Origin: Minisyncoccota bacterium | GTDB taxonomy: Bacteria; Patescibacteriota; Minisyncoccia; Phycocordibacterales; UBA918 | DNA length: 64,000 bases | Assembly (NCBI GenBank): GCA_041389045.1 | Contig: JAWKSQ010000001.1 | Span: 75,063 to 139,062 of the forward strand | Direction: 5' to 3' | Shown: positions 38,830-48,375 of the stretch, in pieces | How the letters are laid out: each line of letters opens with the position of its first letter | Position numbering within the stretch: the first letter of the stretch is position 1 | Translations under genes and position numbers: made by a program | The notes under the pieces: generated by a model | Databases searched by the model: none | What the model was told of the DNA's origin: nothing | What the model saw: only the letters and a program-made list of their open reading frames with translations

Positions 38830-39558
38830 CTACCTATGCTTTCTGACATAAAACTCTTGACCAATCGCTACTAAGTTACTAACAAAGAAGTAGAGGGCGA
38901 TAGCGGCGGAAATGGCATAAGCAGCGAAGACAATGATAATCGGCATGACGTAACGCATCTGGAGTTGCATATTACGCATAAAGTCATCCTTCAGTGACGG
39001 CTCTGCACCCTCTACTTTAGGTGGTAGCGCCGGCATGGAAAGCTTTATTTGATAGAACTGAGTTACACCCGCCAAGAGAGCTAAAATCATACTCTTACCG
39101 GTAATATCGATGATTCCTAAGAAGTTCATCGTCACAGTAACTGGACTAGCAATAAACGAGTATAGTATCTCTGTATTAATTTCAGGTAGAGCAATTCCAC
39201 CACCACTATAGACTGAAAAATATAGGGCGATAATAATCGGAATCTGTAAAAAGAGTAGGAAGATACTAGCAAAAGGATTCATGCCCGCCTCTTTATAAAT
39301 AACCATCATCTGTCTAGCTTGTTCTTCGCGATTGTCTTTATACTTCTCCTTAAGTTCCTTGAGCTTAGGCTCAATTTCACGCATGACTTTTTGTGTCTTA
39401 GCGGCCTTGATCGACAGCGGTAAGAGAATCATCTTAACTAAAATCACCGTAGCAATAATCGCCAACCCTACGTCACCACCAGGAATTACATCAATAAAAA
39501 AAACGAGCCCATTATAAACTGGGTCAAAGAAAAACGTGTGCCAAATATAACTAAACAT
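38830..39558 (-). CDS. yidC: YidC/Oxa1-family membrane protein insertase
   Basis: 242-aa polytopic ORF in the conserved rpmH-rnpA-yidC position. It has the PLSIKAAKTQKVMREIEPKLKELKEKY segment. Confidence 0.85.
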   Translation of the reverse strand: MFSYIWHTFFFDPVYNGLVFFIDVIPGGDVGLAIIATVILVKMILLPLSIKAAKTQKVMREIEPKLKELKEKYKDNREEQARQMMVIYKEAGMNPFASIFLLFLQIPIIIALYFSVYSGGGIALPEINTEILYSFIASPVTVTMNFLGIIDITGKSMILALLAGVTQFYQIKLSMPALPPKVEGAEPSLKDDFMRNMQLQMRYVMPIIIVFAAYAISAAIALYFFVSNLVAIGQEFYVRKHR

Positions 39559-39569
39559 AGATGCTTATT

Positions 39570-39902
39570 CTACCTTTTATTTAGGGCTCGTCCAATCTCA
39601 GTAGCAACCTGGGACACGAACTCCGCCCTGGTCAGTTTACTAATAGCTGGTTTGGTGACTACTATGAGCGCCACTTTTGGATCTAAATCCAACCTCATCT
39701 TTCTAAGTAAAGCATAAATACGTCTCCGGATGCGATTACGTTCATGGGCGAGCTTAGCCACTTTTTTCGGAACTACCACAGACGAAGTAAAAGTCGGGGC
39801 AGGGGACAAAATAACGGTTGTATAAACACCATGGATTCGCCTACCACTAGCAAAAACCCTAGAAAACTGGGCTCTATCTAGCCGTTCTTTCTTAGGTAGC
39901 AT
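39570..39902 (-). CDS. rnpA: ribonuclease P protein component
   Basis: 110-aa basic ORF with the RNR motif region AHERNRIRRRI. Synteny with rpmH supports the call. Confidence 0.9.
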   Translation of the reverse strand: MLPKKERLDRAQFSRVFASGRRIHGVYTTVILSPAPTFTSSVVVPKKVAKLAHERNRIRRRIYALLRKMRLDLDPKVALIVVTKPAISKLTRAEFVSQVATEIGRALNKR

Positions 39903-39931
39903 AATTTAAGTATAACTTACAAAAAAAGCTC

Positions 39932-40081
39932 TTAACGAGCTTTTTTAACCGTTAGTTGGGCACGTCCTTTTCGTCTCCTGGCCTGTAGCACCTTTGCTCC
40001 TGAGGTAGTTTCGCTACGTACGAGAAAACCATGGGTAGTGGCCCGCTTCTTTTTACTTGGTTGATAGGTTCTTTTACTCAT
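39932..40081 (-). CDS. rpmH: 50S ribosomal protein L34
   Basis: [22 protein letters not shown]... from the ATG at 40081. The ORF track's longer form (to 40120) is an upstream extension. Confidence 0.9.
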   Translation of the reverse strand: MSKRTYQPSKKKRATTHGFLVRSETTSGAKVLQARRRKGRAQLTVKKAR

Positions 40082-40172
40082 AGAAAATATTAGTATTTGA
40101 AATACCGACACACTATACATGAACGTCTAAATATTTCAATAGGGGAGCCATCTCTTAAATTCTAGTAACAAT

Positions 40173-40192
40173 TTATACACAGTTTATACACA
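40173..40192. promoter_or_regulatory. two tandem DnaA-box-like 9-mers (TTATACACA x2, 11-bp phasing)
   Basis: TTATACACA occurs at 40173-40181 and 40184-40192, matching the TTATCCACA consensus at 8 of 9 positions. The boxes lie in the rpmH-dnaA intergenic region. Confidence 0.5.
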
Positions 40193-40307
40193 GTTGCATT
40201 TTTTGATTAATCTAAGAGGGTGAAAATTTAATAAGTTTGCGTGAAATATTTTACAGTCTCGCTAATGCGGGTATAATGCAGATTACGTTTTAGATTATTT
40301 ATCTGCT

Positions 40308-41692
40308 ATGAATCCCATTTCACATCCTTCATCTTCATCCAGTATCGTTCGCACTGAACACATCGATATTAAGAAGTTGTGGGATGATGCTTTGGTTAAG
40401 ATCGAACTAGCTATTACCCCAGCCAACTTCAAGACCTGGTTTAGAGATACCCACATCCTTTCTCTTGAGGACGGCACTGCCACTCTTGGCGTACCGAGTG
40501 TCTTTGTTAAAGACTGGCTACAGGATAAATTCCAGTCCATGATCCTCAAAACTCTCCGGGAACTTTCACCTTATGTGCGTAGTATTGAATACGATGTGGT
40601 GCAAAGAAGCGACCGTCGCAGTGAAGGCAGTAAAACTCAAACCATCAACGCTGCCCTACCACTGGAAGAGTATTACATCAACAAGAGCGACAACCTTAAT
40701 CCGAAATACTCTTTTGAAACCTTCGTCATTGGACCTTACAACGCCCTCGCTCACGCTGCCGCTAAAACTGTGAGTGAAAAGCCTGGTATTGCTTACAACC
40801 CTCTATTTATTTATGGAAAGACTGGTCACGGTAAAACTCATCTCATCCAAGCTGTCGGTAACCAAGTGAAGAAGACTGGTAAGAAAGTCTTCTACGTCAC
40901 TAGCGAAAGGTTTGCGGTTGATTATTTCAATTCACTACAAAGTGGTACCGCCAATAATTTTAAAGATAAGTATCGACAATACGATGTACTAATCATGGAC
41001 GATGTCCAGTTCTTGGCCACCAAGGAAAAGACTCAGGAAGAACTATTTCACCTCTTTAACGCTCTCCACGACACTAACAAGCAGATCGTTTTTTCTAGTG
41101 ATGTTCACCCCGCTCTCTTAGCTGGCCTAGAAGATAGACTACGATCGAGATTTGCCCAAGGCATGATTGTCGACATCCCAGCTCCGGACCTAGAATCACG
41201 CGCTGCCATTCTTAAAGCTAAAGCAGCCCAAAACAGCATCACCCTGGCTGAAGAAGTGGTAAATCACTTAGCTTATACCATCGAAGGTAACATTCGTGAG
41301 CTGGAGGGAGCCTTAAACACCATCATGTGCCAATCCCAACTACTAGGGAGAACCCTAACCCTCGATGAAGTAAAGGTGATTATCAAAAACAGCTCGAGAC
41401 CAAGAAAAACCCTAGCGGTATCTGATGTCGTTGATAAAGTGGCTCGTTATTTTGATATTGATCAGTCCAGTATTTACGAAAAGACCCGACGTAAAGAGAT
41501 TGTAAAACCTCGTCAAATCATCATGTATTTGCTACGCGAAGATTTCCAAGTTTCTTACCCTGCTATCGGAAAGAAATTAGGGGAAGAGACCACACGACAG
41601 TTATTCACTCTTGTGAAAAAATTAAAAATGAACTGAAATCTAACACTGAATTAGAAGAAGAGATTTCTCAGATTCGTATCTTACTCAAGTAG
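40308..41692 (+). CDS. dnaA: chromosomal replication initiator DnaA (C-terminus frame-disrupted)
   Basis: Walker A GKTGHGKTHL with box VII/VIII regions. The ORF ends prematurely at 41636. Adding one G to the G-run 41580-41583 restores the conserved ..LGGRDHTTVIHSCEKIKNEL...ILLK* ending at 41692. Confidence 0.9.
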
Positions 41693-41695
41693 TAT

Positions 41696-41724
41696 AAAAG
41701 CCCGGGACTTGTCCCGGGCTTTTA
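41696..41724 (+). terminator. rho-independent terminator after dnaA
   Basis: aaaagcccgggac-tt-gtcccgggctttt. Confidence 0.75.
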
Positions 41725-41729
41725 TAAAC

Positions 41730-41997
41730 CTTTAACAACTTAAGAATAAGCTGGGTATAATACAAAAACAAACTGTTAGTTATATTGGTAAAAGGTGAGG
41801 GTAAATGACTTTTAAAATTTAGTTATACCCACAGTAATTAAAAGTTTAGTTACTATCCCCAAAGATAAACACCCTACCCACAGCTATTAACAGACAGTTG
41901 TGAATTAGTGAGGAATAAGATATCCTAAAAATACAACATATATTTAGGATATGCACACTTCCACAAGACTAATAGTAGAGAGTAAAATGAATTAAAT
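41730..41997. promoter_or_regulatory. dnaA-dnaN intergenic region, candidate oriC segment
   Basis: The region is AT-rich with degenerate DnaA-box-like elements (TTATACCCACA 41823-41833, CTACCCACA about 41875-41883). It also has the inverted repeat atatcctaaa...tttaggatat (about 41918-41958). Confidence 0.4.
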
Positions 41998-43095
41998 ATG
42001 GAAATAAACATTTCTCGTCCACAACTTACTCAAGCTCTAGAATTAGTCACTCGGATTAGTACTAAGCATGTTACTCTCCCAGTACTTCAATGTGCTCTAC
42101 TCGAAGTATCTACTAATAAATTAAAAATTAAAGCTACTAACCTAGAACTTAGTATTGAAGTTTCTTTAGACTGCAAGGTTAGTGAGGATGGTGTAGTTGC
42201 AGTGCCGGCTAATACCTTAATGCAAAGTCTTCAATATAATACAGAAAATGAAATCTCTTTACGTGAGGAAGAAGGAGTGCTTATAATTGAAACTAATAAA
42301 ACTAATACTTCCATTAAGTCTATTCCCCACGATGAATTTCCAACTATTAATAAACTTAAAGGTGAAGCAATTAAAATAAATAGAGAATTATTTTCTTTAG
42401 GTATTAAAACTACCGCTTTTGCTGCTTCAGTTTCTTCCATTAAACCAGAACTTGGTAGTGTTTATATTCAACAAAAAAAAGAACATTCACTAACACTAGT
42501 TTCAACCGACTCATTTAGATTGATGGAAAAAACTGTCCCACAAAAAGGAGTGATTTTGGAGCAAGGATTTTTGGTGCCTCAAAAGAATGCGATGGAAATA
42601 TCTAGGCTTTGTGACCTCTTGCAAAGTGATCCAGGATTAGTAGTAACGGAGAATCAGTGTGCTTTAGATTTTGCCGAAGAAGGGGTGTATGTTACTTCAC
42701 GGTTAGTGTCGGGTTCTTTTCCGGATTATGAACAAATTATTCCTAAGGAATATGTTAGTCATGTAACGGTACTTAAGAATGACCTACTTAAAGCCTTTAA
42801 AAAGACTTCAATTTTTCTTAATAAGTATCAACAAGTAACAATATCAGTGGTAGAAGGTTCTCTCACCATGTCTTCTCAAAACAATGAAGTTGGTCACGTG
42901 ACTGATTCGGTACCGGCAGTGGTTGATGGGGAGGAATTAACTTTAAATTTCAATCAACAGTATGTAGTTGATTCATTGTCACACATTACTGATGAAAGTG
43001 TAATTCTACATTTTGCTGGTATTGGCCGACCGTTAGTCATTACTGGAGTGTCTGACAAAACCTTGCGTTACTTAGTAATGCCGATGAATCGTTAA
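41998..43095 (+). CDS. dnaN: DNA polymerase III beta sliding clamp
   Basis: 365-aa ORF with three-domain clamp length and pattern, ending in the C-terminal LVMPM motif. Synteny with dnaA supports the call. Confidence 0.95.
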   Translation: MEINISRPQLTQALELVTRISTKHVTLPVLQCALLEVSTNKLKIKATNLELSIEVSLDCKVSEDGVVAVPANTLMQSLQYNTENEISLREEEGVLIIETNKTNTSIKSIPHDEFPTINKLKGEAIKINRELFSLGIKTTAFAASVSSIKPELGSVYIQQKKEHSLTLVSTDSFRLMEKTVPQKGVILEQGFLVPQKNAMEISRLCDLLQSDPGLVVTENQCALDFAEEGVYVTSRLVSGSFPDYEQIIPKEYVSHVTVLKNDLLKAFKKTSIFLNKYQQVTISVVEGSLTMSSQNNEVGHVTDSVPAVVDGEELTLNFNQQYVVDSLSHITDESVILHFAGIGRPLVITGVSDKTLRYLVMPMNR

Positions 43096-43096
43096 T

Positions 43097-43387
43097 ATGC
43101 AAAAGAGACGAGGGGAAATAACTCCTTTAAAGAATCTTTTTAATAAATATAAAAACACTCTAATTGCCCCACAGAAGACAGTAGAGATGGAAATGGTACG
43201 AGTGGTCGGGGAAGTGGTAGGAATCACTCTCAAAGAGTCCCAGGTGGCCTATACCGTGAGTACGAGGACAATCGCGATAATTGCCTCAGGTATGATAAAA
43301 CAAGAGGTTAAAATCAAAAATAAACTGATTCTAGCCGAGCTTAAAAAACATCTCGGAGCTAAAGGTTGTCCGCTCCACATTATTTAA
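43097..43387 (+). CDS. DUF721/DciA-like small protein
   Basis: 96-aa ORF 1 nt after dnaN. The pattern VVGEVVGITLKES..TRTIAIIASGMIKQEVKIKNKLILAELKKHLG resembles DUF721 (from recall). Confidence 0.4.
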   Translation: MQKRRGEITPLKNLFNKYKNTLIAPQKTVEMEMVRVVGEVVGITLKESQVAYTVSTRTIAIIASGMIKQEVKIKNKLILAELKKHLGAKGCPLHII

Positions 43388-43399
43388 GGTTAGACTCAG

Positions 43400-45613
43400 T
43401 TACTCGGCTTCAGAATCCTCATCCTCATTTCCGCTTGTGTTTGTTAGAGAAAGACCGTAGGTTTCGTTTTTCCAAGCTTGAACGGCGTATTCCCAGTTAT
43501 CGTACTGGTCGTCACTTCTAGGGTTGATAGGATCTGGTCCGAGAGGGTTTTTGCGATCAACAAAATGCAGAATGGTGTGAATATTGTTGTAGATGTGTGA
43601 CAAATCAAGTTCACCGCCAGTTTGTAGGTTTTCCATTAAAGCATTAGTGTCGATAAATTCACCCCGGATAATTGGTTTAACCCCAACACGGTTAATGGTT
43701 GGTTGAGAGAAACTTTCTTCCGGAAGTTTAGCTAAAGCCACATCCATAAATTTACGCCACATTGGAGTAACAATTAATCCTGACAAGCCACCGCCCATCG
43801 GTGAGTTATCGTTATTTCCTACCCAAGTTCCAACACTAATGTTTGGAGCGTAACCCATCAACCAGGCATCACGAAGGTTGTTGGTACTACCAGTTTTTGA
43901 AGCAACTGACCTGCCTGGAAAGTTAACGGCTGAGTTAGCGCCCCAGAGTGGGGTACGAGCGACGTTGTCTGATAAAACATCACTGATCATTAGGGTGACA
44001 TTTTTGTCGATAACCCTTTTACTTTCGACGTTGTTTTCTTCAATGATGTTACCGCGACTGTCTTCGATACGAAGAATGCTTCTAGGAGTAGTGGCAACAC
44101 CTTCGTTGGCAAAAACACCGTAAGCGTAGGTCATGTCTAAGAGTTTTACTTCACCACCACCAAGTACCAAGGTCAGCCCGTAGCGGTCTGGATCAGTTAA
44201 GGTAGTAAGTCCCATGTCGGCCGCTAGTTTGAGTGAGTCTTTGATTCCGGCTAAATAGAGTACTTTTACAGCTGGGATGTTAAGCGATTGAGCTAGAGCG
44301 TTACGTAAATTAATCGGGCCGAGGAATTTATGGTTGTAGTTATTTGGTGCATAGCATGGTGATTCGGAGCTGGGGCTGTCAGGCTCGCAGAGTGGTGAAA
44401 ACTGTGTCTTCACGTCATAAACGATAGTGTCTGGCAAATAACCTTTACTAAAGGCGGCGGCGTAGATAAAAGGTTTAATTGAGGAGCCAGGTTGTCTAGG
44501 GGCTAAAGTAATATTGAAGTTACCGTCAATGTCCTCACTAAAGTAATCGCGTGATCCAACCATTACCAGTAAGTCACCAGTCTTTGGATCGGTAGCTACT
44601 AGTCCGGCGTTAGTCGCTTTAAATTTAGTAACATTAGCTTCACCATACTCGGCGACAATTTTTTCCGCTTCTTTCTGTAAGTCCCAGTCCAGGGTGGTGA
44701 TGATGCGAAGTCCCCGTTCAGCAATTGCTTCCTCACCGTATTTGCGAGCAATTTGTTCACGAATATACATCACAAAGTGGGGCGCCCTAATTCCGGTTAC
44801 TGCTTGTGGTTGGAATTCCACTGATTCATTTTTAGCACTTTCGTATTCTTCTTCATTAATAAAACCTTGTTCTAGCATTTTCTGAAGGACTAGCTTTTGT
44901 CGGCTGTCTAGGGAGTCACGGTTGCTTCCATAAGGAGATAGAAAAGTTGGAGCTTGTGGTAGGGCAGCCAAGTAAGCGGCTTCAGCAACTGTGACATCGC
45001 TAGCTTTCTTGGCAAAAAAAGCTTGCGAGGCTTCTTCGACACCATAAATAGTTCCACCGTAGGGTGATTCGTTTAGGTAAATAGCCAGGATCTCTTCTTT
45101 AGATAAGACCCGCTCTAGTTTGATAGCCAAAATCCATTCTTTAACTTTACGAGTCAATGTCTTCTCTCGTTGTAAGACAGAGTTTTTAATTATCTGTTGA
45201 GTCAAAGTCGATCCACCTTGGCCACCAAGAAGGTCTCCTTGGCTAAAGTTACGCAAAGCGGCTCTAACAATGGCCGTTGGTTCAATACCATGATGGTTAT
45301 AGAATTGGTCGTCTTCGATAGCGATAGTGGCGTTTTTTAGGTGACGGGAAATTTCTTCGAAGGGTACCACTGTCCGTTTGACGTCTTGGTGTAAGTCATA
45401 CAGTAAAATTTCTCCCGTTCGGTCATAAATTTTAGTTGATTGGAGGACACGTCTTTCTTCAAAAGATGACAGGTCGGGTATCTCTAGTGAAGATATCCAA
45501 ATAAGCATACCGGCGGCCGATAAAATACCAACCGCAAAAAATACGATGAATAGGTCGATAAATAGTTCCTTGATGCTTATTTTGTGCCACCACTTTTTTA
45601 TTATGTTTACCAT
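43400..45613 (-). CDS. bifunctional penicillin-binding protein 1A (glycosyltransferase + transpeptidase)
   Basis: 737-aa ORF with an N-terminal TM and the GT51 motifs EDDQFYNHHG and GGSTLTQQ. The transpeptidase motifs are SSIKP (SxxK) and KTGST. Confidence 0.9.
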   Translation of the reverse strand: MVNIIKKWWHKISIKELFIDLFIVFFAVGILSAAGMLIWISSLEIPDLSSFEERRVLQSTKIYDRTGEILLYDLHQDVKRTVVPFEEISRHLKNATIAIEDDQFYNHHGIEPTAIVRAALRNFSQGDLLGGQGGSTLTQQIIKNSVLQREKTLTRKVKEWILAIKLERVLSKEEILAIYLNESPYGGTIYGVEEASQAFFAKKASDVTVAEAAYLAALPQAPTFLSPYGSNRDSLDSRQKLVLQKMLEQGFINEEEYESAKNESVEFQPQAVTGIRAPHFVMYIREQIARKYGEEAIAERGLRIITTLDWDLQKEAEKIVAEYGEANVTKFKATNAGLVATDPKTGDLLVMVGSRDYFSEDIDGNFNITLAPRQPGSSIKPFIYAAAFSKGYLPDTIVYDVKTQFSPLCEPDSPSSESPCYAPNNYNHKFLGPINLRNALAQSLNIPAVKVLYLAGIKDSLKLAADMGLTTLTDPDRYGLTLVLGGGEVKLLDMTYAYGVFANEGVATTPRSILRIEDSRGNIIEENNVESKRVIDKNVTLMISDVLSDNVARTPLWGANSAVNFPGRSVASKTGSTNNLRDAWLMGYAPNISVGTWVGNNDNSPMGGGLSGLIVTPMWRKFMDVALAKLPEESFSQPTINRVGVKPIIRGEFIDTNALMENLQTGGELDLSHIYNNIHTILHFVDRKNPLGPDPINPRSDDQYDNWEYAVQAWKNETYGLSLTNTSGNEDEDSEAE

Positions 45614-45689
45614 ATTTGAAAGCTCATATTGCCAATAGTAGCACGACTTGTCTAGACAAATTAGAGCGATAGTGTGCTAGAGTTATTTG

Positions 45690-46931
45690 ATGAAATTATC
45701 AGAAGAATTACAACTTCGTGGTTTTGTTGGCCAATTTTCGGCTGAATCTTTATCAGAAATTTTAGATAATGAAAAACACACGGTTTATCATGGGATTGAC
45801 CCATCAGCCGACTCAGCTCATGTGGGAAATTTCGTGGTATGGATGTTACTTCGGCATTTAATTAAGGATGGACATAAAGTAATTTTCTTGGTGGGGGGAG
45901 GGACTGGGATGATTGGTGATCCAAAACCAGATAAGGAAAGACCGTTGTCAGAGGAGGGTGAGGTCAAGGCGCGGGTGGAAAAAATAAAACACCAAGCAGA
46001 GACTATTTTAGGTGGAGAGCCGATTGAGTTCGCTAATAACTACCATTGGCTAGCCGAAACTAATCTCCTCACTTTCTTGCGTGATATTGGAAAACATTTC
46101 ACAGTGAATGAATTGATTAAGAAAGATGCCATTGCTACCAGGCTAAATAGCGAAACCGGACTGTCGTATACCGAATTTGCCTACCCACTGTTACAAGCTT
46201 TTGATTATTTGACACTTTACCGCGAAAAAGGCTGTACGCTACAGGTGGGCGGTACTGATCAGTGGGGAAATATCATCTCCGGCGTAGATTTAATCAGACG
46301 AGTGGAAAGAGCAACTGTACATGCCCTGACCGCACCAATTATTGTCGACAAAACTACCGGTAAGAAGTTCGGTAAAAGTGAAGGTAATGCTGTGTGGTTA
46401 GATGCCGAGAAAACTTCTCCTTATGCCTTTTACCAGTTCTGGTTTAACGTAGCGGATGAAAACGTAGTTGGTTATCTTAAGTTATTTACGATGTTGCCAC
46501 TGTCAGAGATTGCTGAGATTGAAAGTGGTTTGGTAAATAATCCTGGTACTAGAGAAGCACAAAAGCGTCTCGCCAAAGAGGTGACGGCGTTAGTGCATGG
46601 AGAAGAGATTGCTCTTGAGGTAGAAAAAGTGTCAGCTTGTTTGTTTGGTGAGGTTAAGATAACTAGTCTTGATCAAGCAGAACTAAAAACTTTGCTGGAA
46701 AACGCTCCGGTAACGGAAGCGGCAGATAAGACTATGTTAGTAGATGTTTTGGTTTTGGGTGGTTTAGCTACCAGTAAGCGTGAGGCCAGAACATTCATTG
46801 AAAGCGGCGCAGTAGCGATTTCTGGTGAAAAAATAAATGAGGTTGGTTATGTTCTAGACAAAGATAAGTTAGGTGATTTGGTCCATTTGCAAAGAGGGAA
46901 GAAAAATATTTGTTTAATAAAAATCAACTAA
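45690..46931 (+). CDS. tyrS: tyrosine--tRNA ligase
   Basis: HIGH-type motif AHVGNF, KMSKS-type KFGKSEG and a C-terminal S4-like domain. The ATG lies at 45690. Confidence 0.95.
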   Translation: MKLSEELQLRGFVGQFSAESLSEILDNEKHTVYHGIDPSADSAHVGNFVVWMLLRHLIKDGHKVIFLVGGGTGMIGDPKPDKERPLSEEGEVKARVEKIKHQAETILGGEPIEFANNYHWLAETNLLTFLRDIGKHFTVNELIKKDAIATRLNSETGLSYTEFAYPLLQAFDYLTLYREKGCTLQVGGTDQWGNIISGVDLIRRVERATVHALTAPIIVDKTTGKKFGKSEGNAVWLDAEKTSPYAFYQFWFNVADENVVGYLKLFTMLPLSEIAEIESGLVNNPGTREAQKRLAKEVTALVHGEEIALEVEKVSACLFGEVKITSLDQAELKTLLENAPVTEAADKTMLVDVLVLGGLATSKREARTFIESGAVAISGEKINEVGYVLDKDKLGDLVHLQRGKKNICLIKIN

Positions 46932-46968
46932 AACAAAACTGCCGGGCAAAGCCCGGCAGTTTTGTTTT
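46930..46968. terminator. bidirectional terminator hairpin
   Basis: aaaacaaaactgccgggc-aaa-gcccggcagttttgtttt lies between convergent tyrS and the acidic-protein gene. Confidence 0.8.
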
Positions 46969-46979
46969 AGTTGATGAAA

Positions 46980-47270
46980 TTACATCTCGTCAACGTCGTC
47001 AAAAGTATCAAAATCAACATCCTCCGCATCATCTTCTAGGGGGGCGTCTCGATCAGCGTCTTCATCCTCGTCTTCATCTCCGTCATCTTCTTCCTCATCT
47101 TTTTTATCTTTCTCACCAGCTTCATCGATATGGCCAAAACCTTCCATATCATCTTCGGCAATATCATCAGCGTCTTCCTCTACCTCATCCAAGATGTCGT
47201 CAGCTAAAGTAGCATCCTCATCTTCTGGGGTTTCTAATTCTTCCTCATCATCACTTCGTAAAAATACCAT
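46980..47270 (-). CDS. extremely acidic (Asp/Glu-rich) small protein, unknown function
   Basis: The ORF track gives 46980-47306, with an ATG at 47270. More than half of the residues are D or E (..EEDDGDEDEDEDADRDAPLEDDAEDVDFDTFDDVDEM). It lies directly downstream of ruvC, on the same strand, ahead of a terminator. Confidence 0.5.
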   Translation of the reverse strand: MVFLRSDDEEELETPEDEDATLADDILDEVEEDADDIAEDDMEGFGHIDEAGEKDKKDEEEDDGDEDEDEDADRDAPLEDDAEDVDFDTFDDVDEM

Positions 47271-47346
47271 ACTTGATTGATTACTAATTACGGATTGTTG
47301 TAACAAAGTTGAGCGACAATTTCAACCCCGCTATCAAGGGTCGATT

Positions 47347-47826
47347 TTACCTACTTCGGCCGTGTTGTGCAAGGCAGGTTAAGCCCACCGCAATAGCGTC
47401 ATATTCATCATCAAGGGCTTTTTGGGGCAAGTTTCCTACTAAGTGCTTAAGCATACTAAAAACTGCTTCCTTATCGCTACTGCCATAGCCAGTGACAGCC
47501 ACTTTGATTTCTTGTGGCCCAAATTCGTAAACGACGCAATTGGCCTTTTTAGCTAAATAAACAATCGCCCCTCTTGCTTCAGCTACGCCAATGGCGGTCT
47601 TGATGTTTTTGTTGAAAAAGAGTGTCTCGATAGCTACGCAATCTGGTCGATAGTCGACTAGCAGTTTTTCAATTGCGGTGCCAACTGTTAATAGTCGATC
47701 ATTAAAATCTTCAGTTTGAATTGTTTCGAGGCAGGTTGAGTAGAGTAATTGGTCTTTACCTTCACTATTATCCATGATGGCAATACCTACTCTCCCATAA
47801 CCAGGGTCTATGGCTAAAACTTTCAT
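47347..47826 (-). CDS. ruvC: crossover junction endodeoxyribonuclease RuvC
   Basis: 159-aa ORF with MKVLAIDPGYGRVG (catalytic Asp) and the RNase H-like pattern DDEYDAIAV. Confidence 0.9.
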   Translation of the reverse strand: MKVLAIDPGYGRVGIAIMDNSEGKDQLLYSTCLETIQTEDFNDRLLTVGTAIEKLLVDYRPDCVAIETLFFNKNIKTAIGVAEARGAIVYLAKKANCVVYEFGPQEIKVAVTGYGSSDKEAVFSMLKHLVGNLPQKALDDEYDAIAVGLTCLAQHGRSR

Positions 47827-47829
47827 AGT

Positions 47830-48366
47830 TTAGACATCATCGGCGGTGGTAAATATTTCTTGTACGTCAGACTGTTCTTCGATAGCTTCGATTAAAGTTG
47901 CCAAAGCCTCTCCGTCCTGGTCTCCAAGTTCTACAGCGGAATTAGGAATATAGACCCCGTCTTTCTTACTAAAAGCCCAACTTGCGGAACCGGGTGTACC
48001 AAGTTGATAACCAAGCTTACTAAAGGTGTGTTTAATTTCCTGGCTAGTTCGATTATTGTTATCTGTCACGGCCGTAATAAGCATGGCTACTCCACCTGGT
48101 CCATAAGCTTCAAACAAAACTTCCTGCAAAGCTACTCCATCAGCCCCGGCTCCCTTGGCTACAGCGCGTTCGATGTTGTCCTTGGGCATTGAGTCTTTCT
48201 TAGCGCGTTCAATGGCAGCTACTAAACCAGGGGAAGATGTGTCCCCGCCAGCTTTCTTAGATTCCATAGTAATAAGCAAAGAGTGTTTGGAGAAAATTTT
48301 ACTTCGTTCCGCATCAGTAGCGGCTTTTTTGTGTTTTATTTTTGACCACTTGTTATGTCCTGACAT
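47830..48366 (-). CDS. yebC: YebC/PmpR family protein (short form)
   Basis: MSGHNKWSKIKHKKAA... and YEAYGPGGVA match YebC. At 178 aa it is about 60 aa shorter than the canonical protein. Confidence 0.8.
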   Translation of the reverse strand: MSGHNKWSKIKHKKAATDAERSKIFSKHSLLITMESKKAGGDTSSPGLVAAIERAKKDSMPKDNIERAVAKGAGADGVALQEVLFEAYGPGGVAMLITAVTDNNNRTSQEIKHTFSKLGYQLGTPGSASWAFSKKDGVYIPNSAVELGDQDGEALATLIEAIEEQSDVQEIFTTADDV

Positions 48367-48375
48367 AAATAAATT

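Noticed and set aside
46910-47212. 100-aa His/Leu/Pro/Arg-rich ORF on the plus strand.
   Set aside because: It is the mirror image of the Asp/Glu-rich minus-strand ORF. It runs through the tyrS terminator hairpin and has no protein-like features.
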